Shown here: positions 46,315-56,125 of the stretch, piece by piece
Layout: every line of letters starts with the position of its first letter
Numbering within the stretch: the stretch's first letter is position 1
NCBI GenBank assembly: GCA_027592325.1
Contig: JAQCKO010000003.1
Location: 941-64,940 of the forward strand
Source of the DNA: a bacterium
GTDB lineage: Bacteria; Patescibacteriota; Patescibacteriia; UBA9934
Reading direction: 5' to 3'
DNA length: 64,000 nucleotides
Notes under the pieces: model-generated
Database searches by the model: none
Told to the model about the DNA's origin: nothing
What the model saw: the letters and a program-made list of their open reading frames with translations, nothing else
Made by a program: the position numbers and the translations under genes

Positions 46315-49300
46315 ATGAGAACAGCACAGGGAGGCAATTTTGCGCATAAGCAGCTACGCTTTGCATTAATTTTTGCAACATTCATCATTTCATTTGTCGT
46401 CATCGCGCTTGCAACGACACTCAATCCTCAGGCGGCAAATATTTCATGGACAGGAAATGGAGATGGAACGACTTGGACTAGTGGAGCAAATTGGCAAGGA
46501 GGGACATCCCCAGGAGCAAATGACACGGCATTCATCAATAGTGGAAGTAACAACATCGTCATTGATCAGCATATTAACGTCGGAAGAATAGTCGTGTCGT
46601 CAAGCTTCTCTGGAACTATTACACAGCAAGGGAATAAAACGATGACTGTAGGGTCAAGCGGTATTACTATGAATGGAGGATCGTTTACCGGAGGGGACGG
46701 CGCCATTACCGTTAACGGTCCGTTCACACTTGGCTCTGCAGGTACAGCAATTTGGACAACCACAAGCGGAACAACGGACTTCGGAGGCAATATCATCATC
46801 GGAGCAACAGGAACGTTCAACCACAATAGTGGTTCGGTTGTCATTAGTGAATCTTCAAGCATTTCTATTCAAAATGCATCAGTAAACGATTTTAATGTCC
46901 TTTCACTTGCTGCAAGCGGAAAGACCACCACACTTGCAACCGATGTATATGCGGCGGCTCTTACACTTTCTGGTGGAACATATGCAAATAGTACCTATAA
47001 TACCCATGTAACTGGAAACGGAACAATTTTCACCAATGCAAGCGCGGCGACCGTAAGCGGTGCAGGAGACTTCTACTTTGTTGCAGATGGGGGAGATGCA
47101 ACTATTGGCGCACTTAGCTCTACAGCGGACGTAGATGTGTTCTTTCGCGCGACTGGCGATCATTCGCTTACACTTGCTGGTGTAATGAACCTCTCTTCAA
47201 CATCAGGTATTGCTGTAAATACATCGGGATATACCGGTAATACAGCAACATTTGCTTCTGGAAACTACGCGATAACTGCTGGCGAATTCTATATTGGTCA
47301 ATCGGGCAGTTCTGAAAATCATGGAGTTGCCAACTTTGGTTCCTCCATTGTTTCGCTCGATACACTGAGAAGTTATAGCTCCGGTTCTGAATTTAATTTT
47401 GGAAGTGCGTCTGTGACAACATCTGGCGACCTAAATCTTTCTGTCGGTACACTGACTGCCGGTACTTCTACGATCACATTTACAGACCCTAATTCTGCGA
47501 CACTCACTGCGAATCAAGGCCTCAATAATTTGACTTTTTCAGGTGGTGGTACATATACACTTAGTCAGAACACTGATATCAATGGCACACTCACGATTTC
47601 AGATGGAATACTGAATCTCAGTTCTGGGAATCGCACAATGAATTTTGCCGGTGACGTCACGATTGGGGCAAGTGGCTCCATTACATTCGGATCAGGTTCT
47701 ATCATTTTCGACGGTACGACAACCCTGACTGACAGTGCAGCTCTCACCTGGCAAAATGTTCAAACAAGCGGTACGGCTGCCGTAACGCAAGCATCGTCGC
47801 TTACTTTAGACGAACTGTCACTAGCGGCAAATACCTCCTGGGCAACAGCCGGGAACACGTTCGAAATTGTTTCATCGCTCTCAAACGAGGGAACTGTTAC
47901 TGTCCAAGGAAATGAGACCATTACACTCACACCAGGTAATGACACTGATAGCGGAACATTCAGCTACACCGGGCGTAATGCCTCTGAAACCCTAACTATC
48001 GCAGACTTCGGTGCGACGGATTATTACATTCTCATGATTAATGATGCGAATACGAATAAGGCGACATTCAACCTTGCTGATACTGCTGTACTTGCAGATG
48101 ATCTTATCGTAACTTCTGGAACGCTTGCGGGAAATGGCAACACAATGACGGTAGGAGGAGATGTACATCTAAACGGCGGAACAGTTAATTCACCAACGAC
48201 ACTTACCGTCGGAGGAAATTGGACCTTTGATTCTGGAACATTTACTGCTGCTGACGACACAACGGTACGGTTCACCGGATCACCAACGATTACTGGAGCA
48301 AATAGTTTTCATCACCTTTCCAAAACATCTGGTTCCGGAACGATCACGTTGCCGGCTAGCACAACGCAAACTATTGCAGGCAATTTAACGCTTCAAGGAA
48401 ACTCGTCGAACCAAATTACATTGAATTCCGCTTCAGACGGCTTAGCAGCTACTTTGGATGTTTCTGGAACCACTACCTTACAAGGACTGGCTGTAAAAGA
48501 CATTACTTTCACAAATGGGACAAATTGTTTCACAGCATGTACTGATAACGGAAACAATACAAATATCTCTTTTTCGGCAGCGACAACGCCAACCTCGCCA
48601 TTCGCCATCTCTTGTCCAGCACTGCCAAACCCTCGGTTACTTCTCACGTCGGTCGATAAAAGCGATCATCAGCTTGTTGCACGGTTTTCTGCTGATCATG
48701 GACGTGCAGGAACCGGAATTATCGTGAGTACGGATCCGTTTTTCAGAGGTGCAAGCTGGCTGCGACTCACAGACAATGCATCAATCGAGGTGAAGTTGCC
48801 ACAATTTAATAAAACAGGAAAGATCTACTTTATTGTACGTAATCTCTGTTATTCAAGCGGTGTTCGTAGCCTGACACTTTCAGAAGTCGATGGTGCAATC
48901 GTCAGTGATCTTGGAGAATCAGTAGCTATCGATCAACCATCTACTACAAACGAAACCACGACAGAGGCTATAAACGACGGCAGCACGGACACTGTTGACA
49001 CTATCACCGATGAACCAACAGACGATAGTGAAGAGATTTTGTTCATAGATGAAGATACATCTGTTATCGATGAACCAGAGACGAATGCGCCTGTTGTCGA
49101 CGCGGAGGATGATAGTGATATTCTAGAACCTGCTGAACTGATTGCCGGCATGTTGCTTCAGGCACCACAATCTCCGAATATTTACTACTACAGTGCGCAA
49201 GGTTTGCGGCATGAGTTCCGTTCAGAAGACCTGTTCTTTACTTGGTACGAAGATTTCAGTGGCATTACCCGCGTTCCGAATGACCAAATGAATGCGATCG

Positions 49301-49590
49301 CATTTGGTCGCCCTGTTACTGCGAGCCCAGGTGAAACGCTGGTAAAATTTGCAGGAAGCGACCGTGTATATGCCGTAGGATTCGGCGGTGTTCTTCGGTG
49401 GATATTTTCACCAGGTATGGCAGCATCGCTTTTCGGAACCAAATGGCCTGAACTCATCCAAATCACGAATAGCATCTTTTTCGGAGATTATTTGATGGGC
49501 GATCCGATCCTTAATTCTAACGATTACAACCCTGCACGCGAACAGGCTCCGAATCTTGATGCCGATTTAGAGCGTGTAAAGACGGAATAA
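46315..49590 (+). CDS. Large surface/adhesin-like protein (beta-helix-like repeats, CPR-type C-terminal repeat domain)
   Basis: N-terminal TM segment, WTGNG..W....NW, T/G/S/N-rich repeats, acidic linker, IYYY..G.R..F..E..F..WY.DF..LVKF..VYAV. Confidence 0.8.
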   Translation: MRTAQGGNFAHKQLRFALIFATFIISFVVIALATTLNPQAANISWTGNGDGTTWTSGANWQGGTSPGANDTAFINSGSNNIVIDQHINVGRIVVSSSFSGTITQQGNKTMTVGSSGITMNGGSFTGGDGAITVNGPFTLGSAGTAIWTTTSGTTDFGGNIIIGATGTFNHNSGSVVISESSSISIQNASVNDFNVLSLAASGKTTTLATDVYAAALTLSGGTYANSTYNTHVTGNGTIFTNASAATVSGAGDFYFVADGGDATIGALSSTADVDVFFRATGDHSLTLAGVMNLSSTSGIAVNTSGYTGNTATFASGNYAITAGEFYIGQSGSSENHGVANFGSSIVSLDTLRSYSSGSEFNFGSASVTTSGDLNLSVGTLTAGTSTITFTDPNSATLTANQGLNNLTFSGGGTYTLSQNTDINGTLTISDGILNLSSGNRTMNFAGDVTIGASGSITFGSGSIIFDGTTTLTDSAALTWQNVQTSGTAAVTQASSLTLDELSLAANTSWATAGNTFEIVSSLSNEGTVTVQGNETITLTPGNDTDSGTFSYTGRNASETLTIADFGATDYYILMINDANTNKATFNLADTAVLADDLIVTSGTLAGNGNTMTVGGDVHLNGGTVNSPTTLTVGGNWTFDSGTFTAADDTTVRFTGSPTITGANSFHHLSKTSGSGTITLPASTTQTIAGNLTLQGNSSNQITLNSASDGLAATLDVSGTTTLQGLAVKDITFTNGTNCFTACTDNGNNTNISFSAATTPTSPFAISCPALPNPRLLLTSVDKSDHQLVARFSADHGRAGTGIIVSTDPFFRGASWLRLTDNASIEVKLPQFNKTGKIYFIVRNLCYSSGVRSLTLSEVDGAIVSDLGESVAIDQPSTTNETTTEAINDGSTDTVDTITDEPTDDSEEILFIDEDTSVIDEPETNAPVVDAEDDSDILEPAELIAGMLLQAPQSPNIYYYSAQGLRHEFRSEDLFFTWYEDFSGITRVPNDQMNAIAFGRPVTASPGETLVKFAGSDRVYAVGFGGVLRWIFSPGMAASLFGTKWPELIQITNSIFFGDYLMGDPILNSNDYNPAREQAPNLDADLERVKTE

Positions 49591-49619
49591 AAAAACATCC
49601 CCCGGAAGGGGGATGTTTT
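49591..49619. terminator. Bidirectional intrinsic terminator
   Basis: AAAACATCCCCC-GGAA-GGGGGATGTTTT between convergent genes. Confidence 0.8.
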
Positions 49620-50232
49620 ATCGAATGATATATTGTTTCGTATGTTCATCTTGCTCAATGTCTTTTGCGTGGATCATTTCCCCGATCGCTCTCGTGACAG
49701 TAACGCGATTTAACCCTGTTAACTTAGCAAGACGCGCATGTGTTAATCGACGTGATGACGTATCGTTTCGTATCGCATGAAGAATCTTCTCCTTCGCAGA
49801 TCCGTTACAAATCTTCAATCGTTCCTGATACTGTTCAATTCTATCTGCCACCAACCGTAGAGTACGAAGGAGAATCTCAGGACGCTTTGCAAAAAGATTC
49901 AGAAGATCTTGTACGGCAAAAGTATAAATGATGGAAGCGGCCTTCGCCTCAGCAAAGTGATTTGAGACTGCTGGTTTTGTAGTGATATTCCCGAATACAT
50001 CTCCTGATTTTAGCTCCTCAAGGAGAATCCGTCCGGTTTCAGATTCGGAGTAGAGAAGCACAGCACCATCATCAATCACATACAGGCGGTCTAAAAACGC
50101 ACCCGGCTTATATAAATGCTCGTCAGCGGTAATTTTACGTCTCGTGCCCCCTTCGCAGATTTGAAGTAGGTCTTCTTGGCTTATACCGGAGAAGAGATCA
50201 ATATCTTGTAAATACCAACAGGCTTTTGTCAT
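49618..50232 (-). CDS. Crp/Fnr-family transcriptional regulator
   Basis: cNMP-binding domain (GDVFG) and HTH LTHARLAKLTGLNRVTVTR. Confidence 0.88.
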   Translation of the reverse strand: MTKACWYLQDIDLFSGISQEDLLQICEGGTRRKITADEHLYKPGAFLDRLYVIDDGAVLLYSESETGRILLEELKSGDVFGNITTKPAVSNHFAEAKAASIIYTFAVQDLLNLFAKRPEILLRTLRLVADRIEQYQERLKICNGSAKEKILHAIRNDTSSRRLTHARLAKLTGLNRVTVTRAIGEMIHAKDIEQDEHTKQYIIR

Positions 50233-50258
50233 AGTGGTTGATAGGTTACCATACGATT

Positions 50259-51143
50259 ATGTTGAGTCTACTTCTTGCTTGGTACACCGATGAAGGTCGA
50301 GATTTACCTTGGCGCAAGACGAACAATCCGTATCACATTTTGGTTTCCGAAATGATGCTCCAGCAAACACAGGTTCTGCGTGTTTTAGCATATTATCCAC
50401 GCTTTCTCGATATGTTTCCAAATTGGGAAATACTTGCGAATGCCACAAATAGTCAAATGATCGAAGCCTGGGCAGGCCTGGGATACAATCGTAGAGCACT
50501 CATGCTAAGGGATATCGCTCGGCACGTTGTACAATATGGTGAACCGACGAAGAGGGAAGGGTGGCTGGTATTACGTGGAATTGGTCCGTATACATCGGCG
50601 GCTATCGCCATATTTGCTGATCAAGAAATTGTCATGCCCATCGACACAAATACGCGGAGAGTGCTCGCGCGTCTCTATCTTTCAAAACCATACCCAGGCA
50701 TGAAAGATGATGCACTGCTCGAGACAATTGGTACCAATGAGCTCGCGAATATCGAGCATGCACGAGAAATCCCCCAAGCACTGTTTGATTTAGGATCAAG
50801 CTATTGCGGAAAAATTCCTGATTGCGCCAATTGCCCAATGCGAAGTGTATGTGCGTCAGCAGAGCTTTTCCTTAGTGGTGACGTTAAGGTTCCAAAAAGA
50901 ATGGTAAAAAAAGCAAATGAACGCATACAGGACGGAAAGAACTCTCCCGATCGCATTTATCGTGGAAGAATCTTGAAACTCATTCGTGAAAATGCTGGGC
51001 TAACGCGTAATACTATCGGTCCACGTATCGACAATACCTATGCGGCAAAAGATCAAGAATGGATAGATGCGATGATCGATCGACTCATCAAGGATGGAAT
51101 GCTCGAAGAGCGGAAAAAGGGGCTTTATTTGTCGAGTGCATAG
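50259..51143 (+). CDS. mutY: A/G-specific adenine glycosylase
   Basis: RDLPWR, VSEMMLQQTQV, WAGLGYNRR, HhH GIGPYT, DTN and the 4Fe-4S CxxxxxCxxCxxxxxC motif. Confidence 0.9.
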   Translation: MLSLLLAWYTDEGRDLPWRKTNNPYHILVSEMMLQQTQVLRVLAYYPRFLDMFPNWEILANATNSQMIEAWAGLGYNRRALMLRDIARHVVQYGEPTKREGWLVLRGIGPYTSAAIAIFADQEIVMPIDTNTRRVLARLYLSKPYPGMKDDALLETIGTNELANIEHAREIPQALFDLGSSYCGKIPDCANCPMRSVCASAELFLSGDVKVPKRMVKKANERIQDGKNSPDRIYRGRILKLIRENAGLTRNTIGPRIDNTYAAKDQEWIDAMIDRLIKDGMLEERKKGLYLSSA

Positions 51144-51808
51144 CAATACATATCATGTAGAAGAATCGCTGCTGCGCTTCCGACATTCAGCGATTCTACG
51201 TCGCTTGAGTGGTCAATATACAGGCTAGGCGCGCGAAAATCTGTTTGAATCCCTTGTCCTTCTGAACCAAAGATAAACATATGCGAGTCATCTTGCAGCA
51301 CCTTTCGATGCTTCATTGCGTGTTCGGTTTTTTCTATGCGGTAAATTGATCTCTCAAGCGAGGCAAGAAATCCACCAAACTCTCTGCGTGGTTTTTCTAT
51401 CCATGGCGTGTGAAACATATTCCCGGCAGATGAGCGAATAACTTTCCCGCTCGTTGGGTCCGCCGATTCCACGAAGATAAGTGATGCCTTAAATGCGCGT
51501 GCCAGACGTATAATCGTTCCGACATTTCCCGGATCCTGTACGCCATCAAGCACGACCACCGTCGCATGTGCAAGGATCTCTTCTTCCGTCCATTTTGGAA
51601 CACGCACTACCGCAGCAATGTCTTGCGGCGTTTGACTATCCATGAATTCATCAAATCGAGGAGTATCTTCACGTGTGAATGTATATTCCACGTGTTCGGC
51701 AGCTGATGCAATATGTTTTGCACCCTCTACGATGCAAAGACCCAGCTCACGCCGGTATTTTTTCTGTGATAGCGACTTAATTTGCTTTTCCTGCGACGTT
51801 GTGAGCAT
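51125..51808 (-). CDS. TrmH/SpoU-family RNA methyltransferase
   Basis: LDGVQDPGNVGTIIR, FGSEGQG and ESLNV motifs. Confidence 0.92.
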   Translation of the reverse strand: MLTTSQEKQIKSLSQKKYRRELGLCIVEGAKHIASAAEHVEYTFTREDTPRFDEFMDSQTPQDIAAVVRVPKWTEEEILAHATVVVLDGVQDPGNVGTIIRLARAFKASLIFVESADPTSGKVIRSSAGNMFHTPWIEKPRREFGGFLASLERSIYRIEKTEHAMKHRKVLQDDSHMFIFGSEGQGIQTDFRAPSLYIDHSSDVESLNVGSAAAILLHDMYCYALDK

Positions 51809-51835
51809 AGTATTGTTATACTCTAACAGAATACT

Positions 51836-52141
51836 ATGATTTTTACGACAACCGACATTAAGAGAGAATATACGATTCTCGGCGTAGTTCAAGGCAGTAC
51901 AATACGCGCACGTGGAATTGGATTCGATATTACGGCTGGCCTGCGGTCTATTTTTGGCGGGGAAGTGCCGGAGTACTCAAAGCTTCTCAAAGATTCGCGC
52001 GCCGAAGCTATGGAGCGACTAGAACAAGAGGCAAGAAGATTAGGTGCTGATGCGGTTGTAGGAGTACGGTTTACTTCATCGGCTGTATTGCAAGGTGCCT
52101 CAGAAATTCTTGCATTTGGAACTGCCGTGAAATTCAAATAA
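51836..52141 (+). CDS. YbjQ/UPF0145 family protein
   Basis: GGE...YSKLL..SR..A and GADAVVGVRF..GTAV motifs. Confidence 0.9.
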   Translation: MIFTTTDIKREYTILGVVQGSTIRARGIGFDITAGLRSIFGGEVPEYSKLLKDSRAEAMERLEQEARRLGADAVVGVRFTSSAVLQGASEILAFGTAVKFK

Positions 52142-52143
52142 CT

Positions 52144-52866
52144 ATGGCAGAAGGAGGATTATTTGAAATAACTCAAGAGGTGAGCGTGTTACTACCTACG
52201 CTTCCCGTTGAAGACCTTAGTCGATATATTCATCGATCGTTCATTTTTCACTCACCATTCGTACAGCTCGCCATTTCGTTCTTCGTGCTCACGATCGTTT
52301 TTTTTATCTTTCAATTCCGCATCACTGAAAACGCACAGAATGGCCGTACGTCTTCACCATCTTTATTTTCGGGGATTCGATTGCTAGGCGGTTTAAAAGC
52401 ACTCTTTCTCGCCATGACCGTATTTTTGTGTATTCAGCTCCTTGCGCCACCGTTTTTACCGTCCTCATTACCATACACACATCTTCCGTTAGAAGGAGTA
52501 TCTGCTGTGTCAAAAGGTAGCCGTCTTCATTTTATGTATACAGTGAAGAATACTTCAACCGAAGTATTACGTGAGGTGTATTTCACGAGTGACCTGTATC
52601 CGAATATTTCGATCATCCCAGACACACTGATTGTCTACACATATGGTGGTCTTGGTAGGGTGCACATCCCGTTTGTTACCGAGCGCGACTTGCTAGTCCT
52701 AGCTGGCGAACTGCAACCAGGCGATAGTTTCATTGTGCAATTCGAGGCATACATTCATGAACAAGCAAGCCGACAATTTGATCAAGAGTTGCTCATCACA
52801 TCGAGTGGTGGCAATGAACGCATCTCAAAAACAATTTATCTAAACGACGATTCATATGAGTATTGA
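52144..52866 (+). CDS. Membrane protein with C-terminal Ig-like (DUF11-like) domain
   Basis: Two TM segments, YTVKNT..GELQPG. Confidence 0.65.
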   Translation: MAEGGLFEITQEVSVLLPTLPVEDLSRYIHRSFIFHSPFVQLAISFFVLTIVFFIFQFRITENAQNGRTSSPSLFSGIRLLGGLKALFLAMTVFLCIQLLAPPFLPSSLPYTHLPLEGVSAVSKGSRLHFMYTVKNTSTEVLREVYFTSDLYPNISIIPDTLIVYTYGGLGRVHIPFVTERDLLVLAGELQPGDSFIVQFEAYIHEQASRQFDQELLITSSGGNERISKTIYLNDDSYEY

Positions 52867-53329
52867 ACCAGGGAATACAGCACCTCAATTCTGTCTACCA
52901 AATCAACAAAACGCGCCCATTTGTTTAAATCATTATTTAGGGAAGTGGATTATTCTCTATTTCTATCCGAAAGATTATACGCCGGGCTGTACAATGGAGG
53001 CTTGTGCATTCCGTGACACGCATGAACAGCTACAGGCAAATGATGCCGTCATTCTTGGTGTGAGTTCTGATTCAGCTGTGAGGCATGCAAGCTTTTCAGA
53101 GAAATTCAATTTGCCATTCGAGCTACTTGCCGATACTGAAAAGATGGTCATGACGCAGTACGGAGCATGGGGCGAGAAGAAAAATTTTGGCCGAATATAT
53201 CAAGGGGTAAAGCGCATGACCTACATTATTGATCCAGAAGGGAACGTGGCAAAGGTCTTTAAAACGGTAAAGCCTGCCACGCATGCCAAGCAAGTTCTTG
53301 AAGCTCTTGAAACATTACAAACAAAATAA
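52856..53329 (+). CDS. bcp: Peroxiredoxin Bcp
   Basis: YFYPKDYTPGCTMEAC motif. Confidence 0.93.
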   Translation: MSIEPGNTAPQFCLPNQQNAPICLNHYLGKWIILYFYPKDYTPGCTMEACAFRDTHEQLQANDAVILGVSSDSAVRHASFSEKFNLPFELLADTEKMVMTQYGAWGEKKNFGRIYQGVKRMTYIIDPEGNVAKVFKTVKPATHAKQVLEALETLQTK

Positions 53330-53341
53330 GCGGTTACCCGC

Positions 53342-53473
53342 CTATTTTGTTTCTGCGTCCTGTTTTGCAAGGCGCTTTGCTTTCTTTTTACGTCGAATGC
53401 GCGCAGCAACCACTTCATTGGCTGCTTCAATCGCTCTGCGGCGCTTACGACCTAGTTGATGTCGTGTTGGCAT
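53342..53473 (-). CDS. Small very basic protein (43 aa, not in the ORF track)
   Basis: MPTRHQLGRKRRRAIEAANEVVAARIRRKKKAKRLAKQDAETK*; near-consensus promoter just upstream. Confidence 0.6.
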   Translation of the reverse strand: MPTRHQLGRKRRRAIEAANEVVAARIRRKKKAKRLAKQDAETK

Positions 53474-53490
53474 AGAGAATAGTTAGACAA

Positions 53491-53519
53491 AGATTACCTG
53501 AGGAACCGGTTTTTGTCAA
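53491..53519 (-). promoter_or_regulatory. Sigma70 promoter of the small basic ORF
   Basis: Minus strand TTGACA-17 nt-TAATCT. Confidence 0.7.
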
Positions 53520-53597
53520 ATAGACAGCAGTTACTCCTTCGTACTGAAACACTGGACAGATCCTGTACACAAGGTAAAGTAAAGAAAATCATGCATT

Positions 53598-55103
53598 ATG
53601 AAGATATTGACTGCTCAAGGTGACGTATTAGAACAGGGAGGAGGCCTCATGCTTATCGGGATGTTTCAACACGAAAATTTCCGTGAAGCGTTCATCGGAC
53701 GAGTAAATGATCGTACGAAAGATCGTGTAGAAAAAACGGCAAAGCATATTGCCTTTGAAGGAAAGGTCGGTCAGACCTTGCTTATTCCTGGTGGAGATGC
53801 CCTTGATGTCGATTTTGTCCTTGTTGTCGGACTCGGGAAACAGGCTGACTTGCATCTCGATACCATACGAAATGCAACAGGAGCCGCTATTCAAATTGCG
53901 CGTCAATACGGTCTTGGAAGCGTTGTTGCCGAGCTTCTCGGTGAAGATATAGAGACGTACGATCCACTTTTGCATGCAAAAGCAATGACAGAAGCAGCGC
54001 TTCTCGCGAGCTATGCATTCACAAATTACAAGGATGAAAAACCTCATCAAAAACTCGTTTCACTCACGCTTGTGATTGAAGATGCAAATGATGTTCAAGC
54101 AGCGAAAAAAGGGATCGAACTTGCTGAAACAATTATCGATGGCGTTACGGTCGCGCGTGACCTTGTAAACACACCTGGTCAGGACATGACACCAAAACGC
54201 CTTGCGGCTGCAGCGACAGAAATCGCAAAGCTTTCTGCAGGGGCCGTAACGGTGAAGATCCTTGGAAGAAAAGAATGCGAAAAACGCAAAATGGGAGCGT
54301 ATCTTGCGGTTGCGCAAGGGTCACATGAAGAGCCTCAGTTTATTCACCTCAGTTATAAACCTGAAAAGCGTGCGAAAAAGCGCATTGCTCTCATTGGAAA
54401 AGGTGTCACCTTTGACTCAGGTGGTCTTTCTATTAAGCCATCAAGCGGAATGGAGACAATGAAATGCGACATGGCAGGTGGGGCAGCCGTCCTTGGAACA
54501 TTTGCGACGCTTGCTCGATTACGTCCTGAAGTCGAAATTCATGGCATCATTGCTGCAACCGAGAATATGCCGTCTGATACAGCCATTCGTCCAGGAGACA
54601 TTGTCCGAGCTTCGAACGGAATGTCGATTGAAATTCTCAACACTGACGCAGAAGGAAGGCTCACGCTTGCCGATGCACTTCATTATGCCGCACAGCAAAA
54701 ACCTGAAGTGATGATTGATCTTGCAACACTTACAGGCGCTTGCGTTGTCGCGCTTGGAGAAGAAATTTCTGCAGCGATGTCGACAAATGATGAACTTCGC
54801 GCTCAGATTCTTTCTGCAGCAAATCGTTCAGGGGAAAATATGTGGCCCATGCCACTTGAGAAAAACTATGCAATGTTAATGGAATCTGACATTGCAGATT
54901 TACGCAATATTTCAACCTCGCGCTATGGTGGATCACTCACAGCGGGTCTGTTCCTGAAAAATTTCGTCCCAGAGGAAATTCCTTGGGTGCACCTTGATAT
55001 TGCAGGTCCAGCATTCGCTGAGCGGCCAATCGGAAAATATCTAGGAAAAGGAGCAACGGGGTATGGAGTACGCACACTCGTCGAATATATTCGAGGAATT
55101 TAG
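53598..55103 (+). CDS. pepA: Leucyl aminopeptidase (M17)
   Basis: GKGVTFDSGG, MKCDMAG, NTDAEGRL and DLATLTGA motifs. Confidence 0.95.
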   Translation: MKILTAQGDVLEQGGGLMLIGMFQHENFREAFIGRVNDRTKDRVEKTAKHIAFEGKVGQTLLIPGGDALDVDFVLVVGLGKQADLHLDTIRNATGAAIQIARQYGLGSVVAELLGEDIETYDPLLHAKAMTEAALLASYAFTNYKDEKPHQKLVSLTLVIEDANDVQAAKKGIELAETIIDGVTVARDLVNTPGQDMTPKRLAAAATEIAKLSAGAVTVKILGRKECEKRKMGAYLAVAQGSHEEPQFIHLSYKPEKRAKKRIALIGKGVTFDSGGLSIKPSSGMETMKCDMAGGAAVLGTFATLARLRPEVEIHGIIAATENMPSDTAIRPGDIVRASNGMSIEILNTDAEGRLTLADALHYAAQQKPEVMIDLATLTGACVVALGEEISAAMSTNDELRAQILSAANRSGENMWPMPLEKNYAMLMESDIADLRNISTSRYGGSLTAGLFLKNFVPEEIPWVHLDIAGPAFAERPIGKYLGKGATGYGVRTLVEYIRGI

Positions 55104-55230
55104 CTATTAGCCAATAGCGAGTAGCCGATGTCATTCGAACAAAAATGCTTGGTTTCGTCATTCCGCAAAGCAGAAACTACTGAATCATGAAGACAAAACG
55201 GGCCGCTAGGTCCGTTTTGTCTTACTCCTG

Positions 55231-55412
55231 ACCCAGCTGCGTTGGGTGCGTGCTGGCATTGAGCACGCCTTAGCGGTACATCGACATGCTTGGAGATTTC
55301 TACTCGTCAGGGAGGGCGATAAAACGGTAATCGTGCAAGTCTGGCCGGTATCAAATAAGCGGGCCGAACCTCAAGAACAGCCCATGATCGTACACCCAGT
55401 CAACTGCTGGGT
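55231..55412 (+). ncRNA. Structured intergenic RNA, 6S RNA-like candidate
   Basis: 182 nt whose ends pair (ACCCAGC/GCTGGGT, GTTG/CAAC, GGTG/CACC), followed by a T-tract; strand uncertain. Confidence 0.45.
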
Positions 55413-55482
55413 GCTTTTTTATGGACAATACGCAAAAACGGGCCCGAAGACCCGATTCGCACAGACGCTGAATAAAAGATGT

Positions 55483-56007
55483 TTAGGCTTTTCCAAGTGT
55501 ATCTTCGCCTTCATTCCACTCGACAGGACAGAGATCTCCGCTTTGCAGAGCCTTTAAAACGCGAAGTGTTTCATGAACAGAGCGCCCAACCGAGCCACTT
55601 GAAACGAGGGCATATTTCACTATCCCTTCAGGATCGATAATAAACAATCCTCGCTCTGCAGATCCATCCTGATCATTCAGCACCTGATACGCTCGTGATA
55701 CTTCCTGTGTTGTATCAGCAAGAACAGGGTATTCTACCTCTGGGAGATCTTTCTCGAACCAATTTTTATGTGACCATTCAGAATCTGTTGACGCTGCGAG
55801 AATCTTACAATCATTCTCGGCAAATTCTTTTTCGAGTTTTGCAAATCCACGAATTTCTGTTGGACAAATGAAGGTGAAATCACGTGGATAAAAGAAAAGG
55901 AGCAACCATGATCCGGAATAGTCTGATAAGCTCTTTTTTACAAATTCTCCTTTGTGGTAAGTTGTTACCCCTTCAAAGCTTGGGGCTTTTTTTCCAATTT
56001 GAATCAT
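55483..56007 (-). CDS. ahpC: 2-Cys peroxiredoxin (AhpC/Tsa)
   Basis: FYPRDFTFICPTE and C-terminal LCPVEW. Confidence 0.92.
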   Translation of the reverse strand: MIQIGKKAPSFEGVTTYHKGEFVKKSLSDYSGSWLLLFFYPRDFTFICPTEIRGFAKLEKEFAENDCKILAASTDSEWSHKNWFEKDLPEVEYPVLADTTQEVSRAYQVLNDQDGSAERGLFIIDPEGIVKYALVSSGSVGRSVHETLRVLKALQSGDLCPVEWNEGEDTLGKA

Positions 56008-56125
56008 AACAGGGTTATTTGGTTTACTGACACCAGATTACATGTTCCATTTTACGCCGTGTAGCAATGATAACAAATGATTGCCTAATTATCTCTATTT
56101 TGTTAGATTTAAACAAACTATTTGT

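Noticed and set aside
55246-55557. 103-aa ORF
   Set aside because: Overlaps the ahpC 3' end and the structured RNA candidate, with no motif
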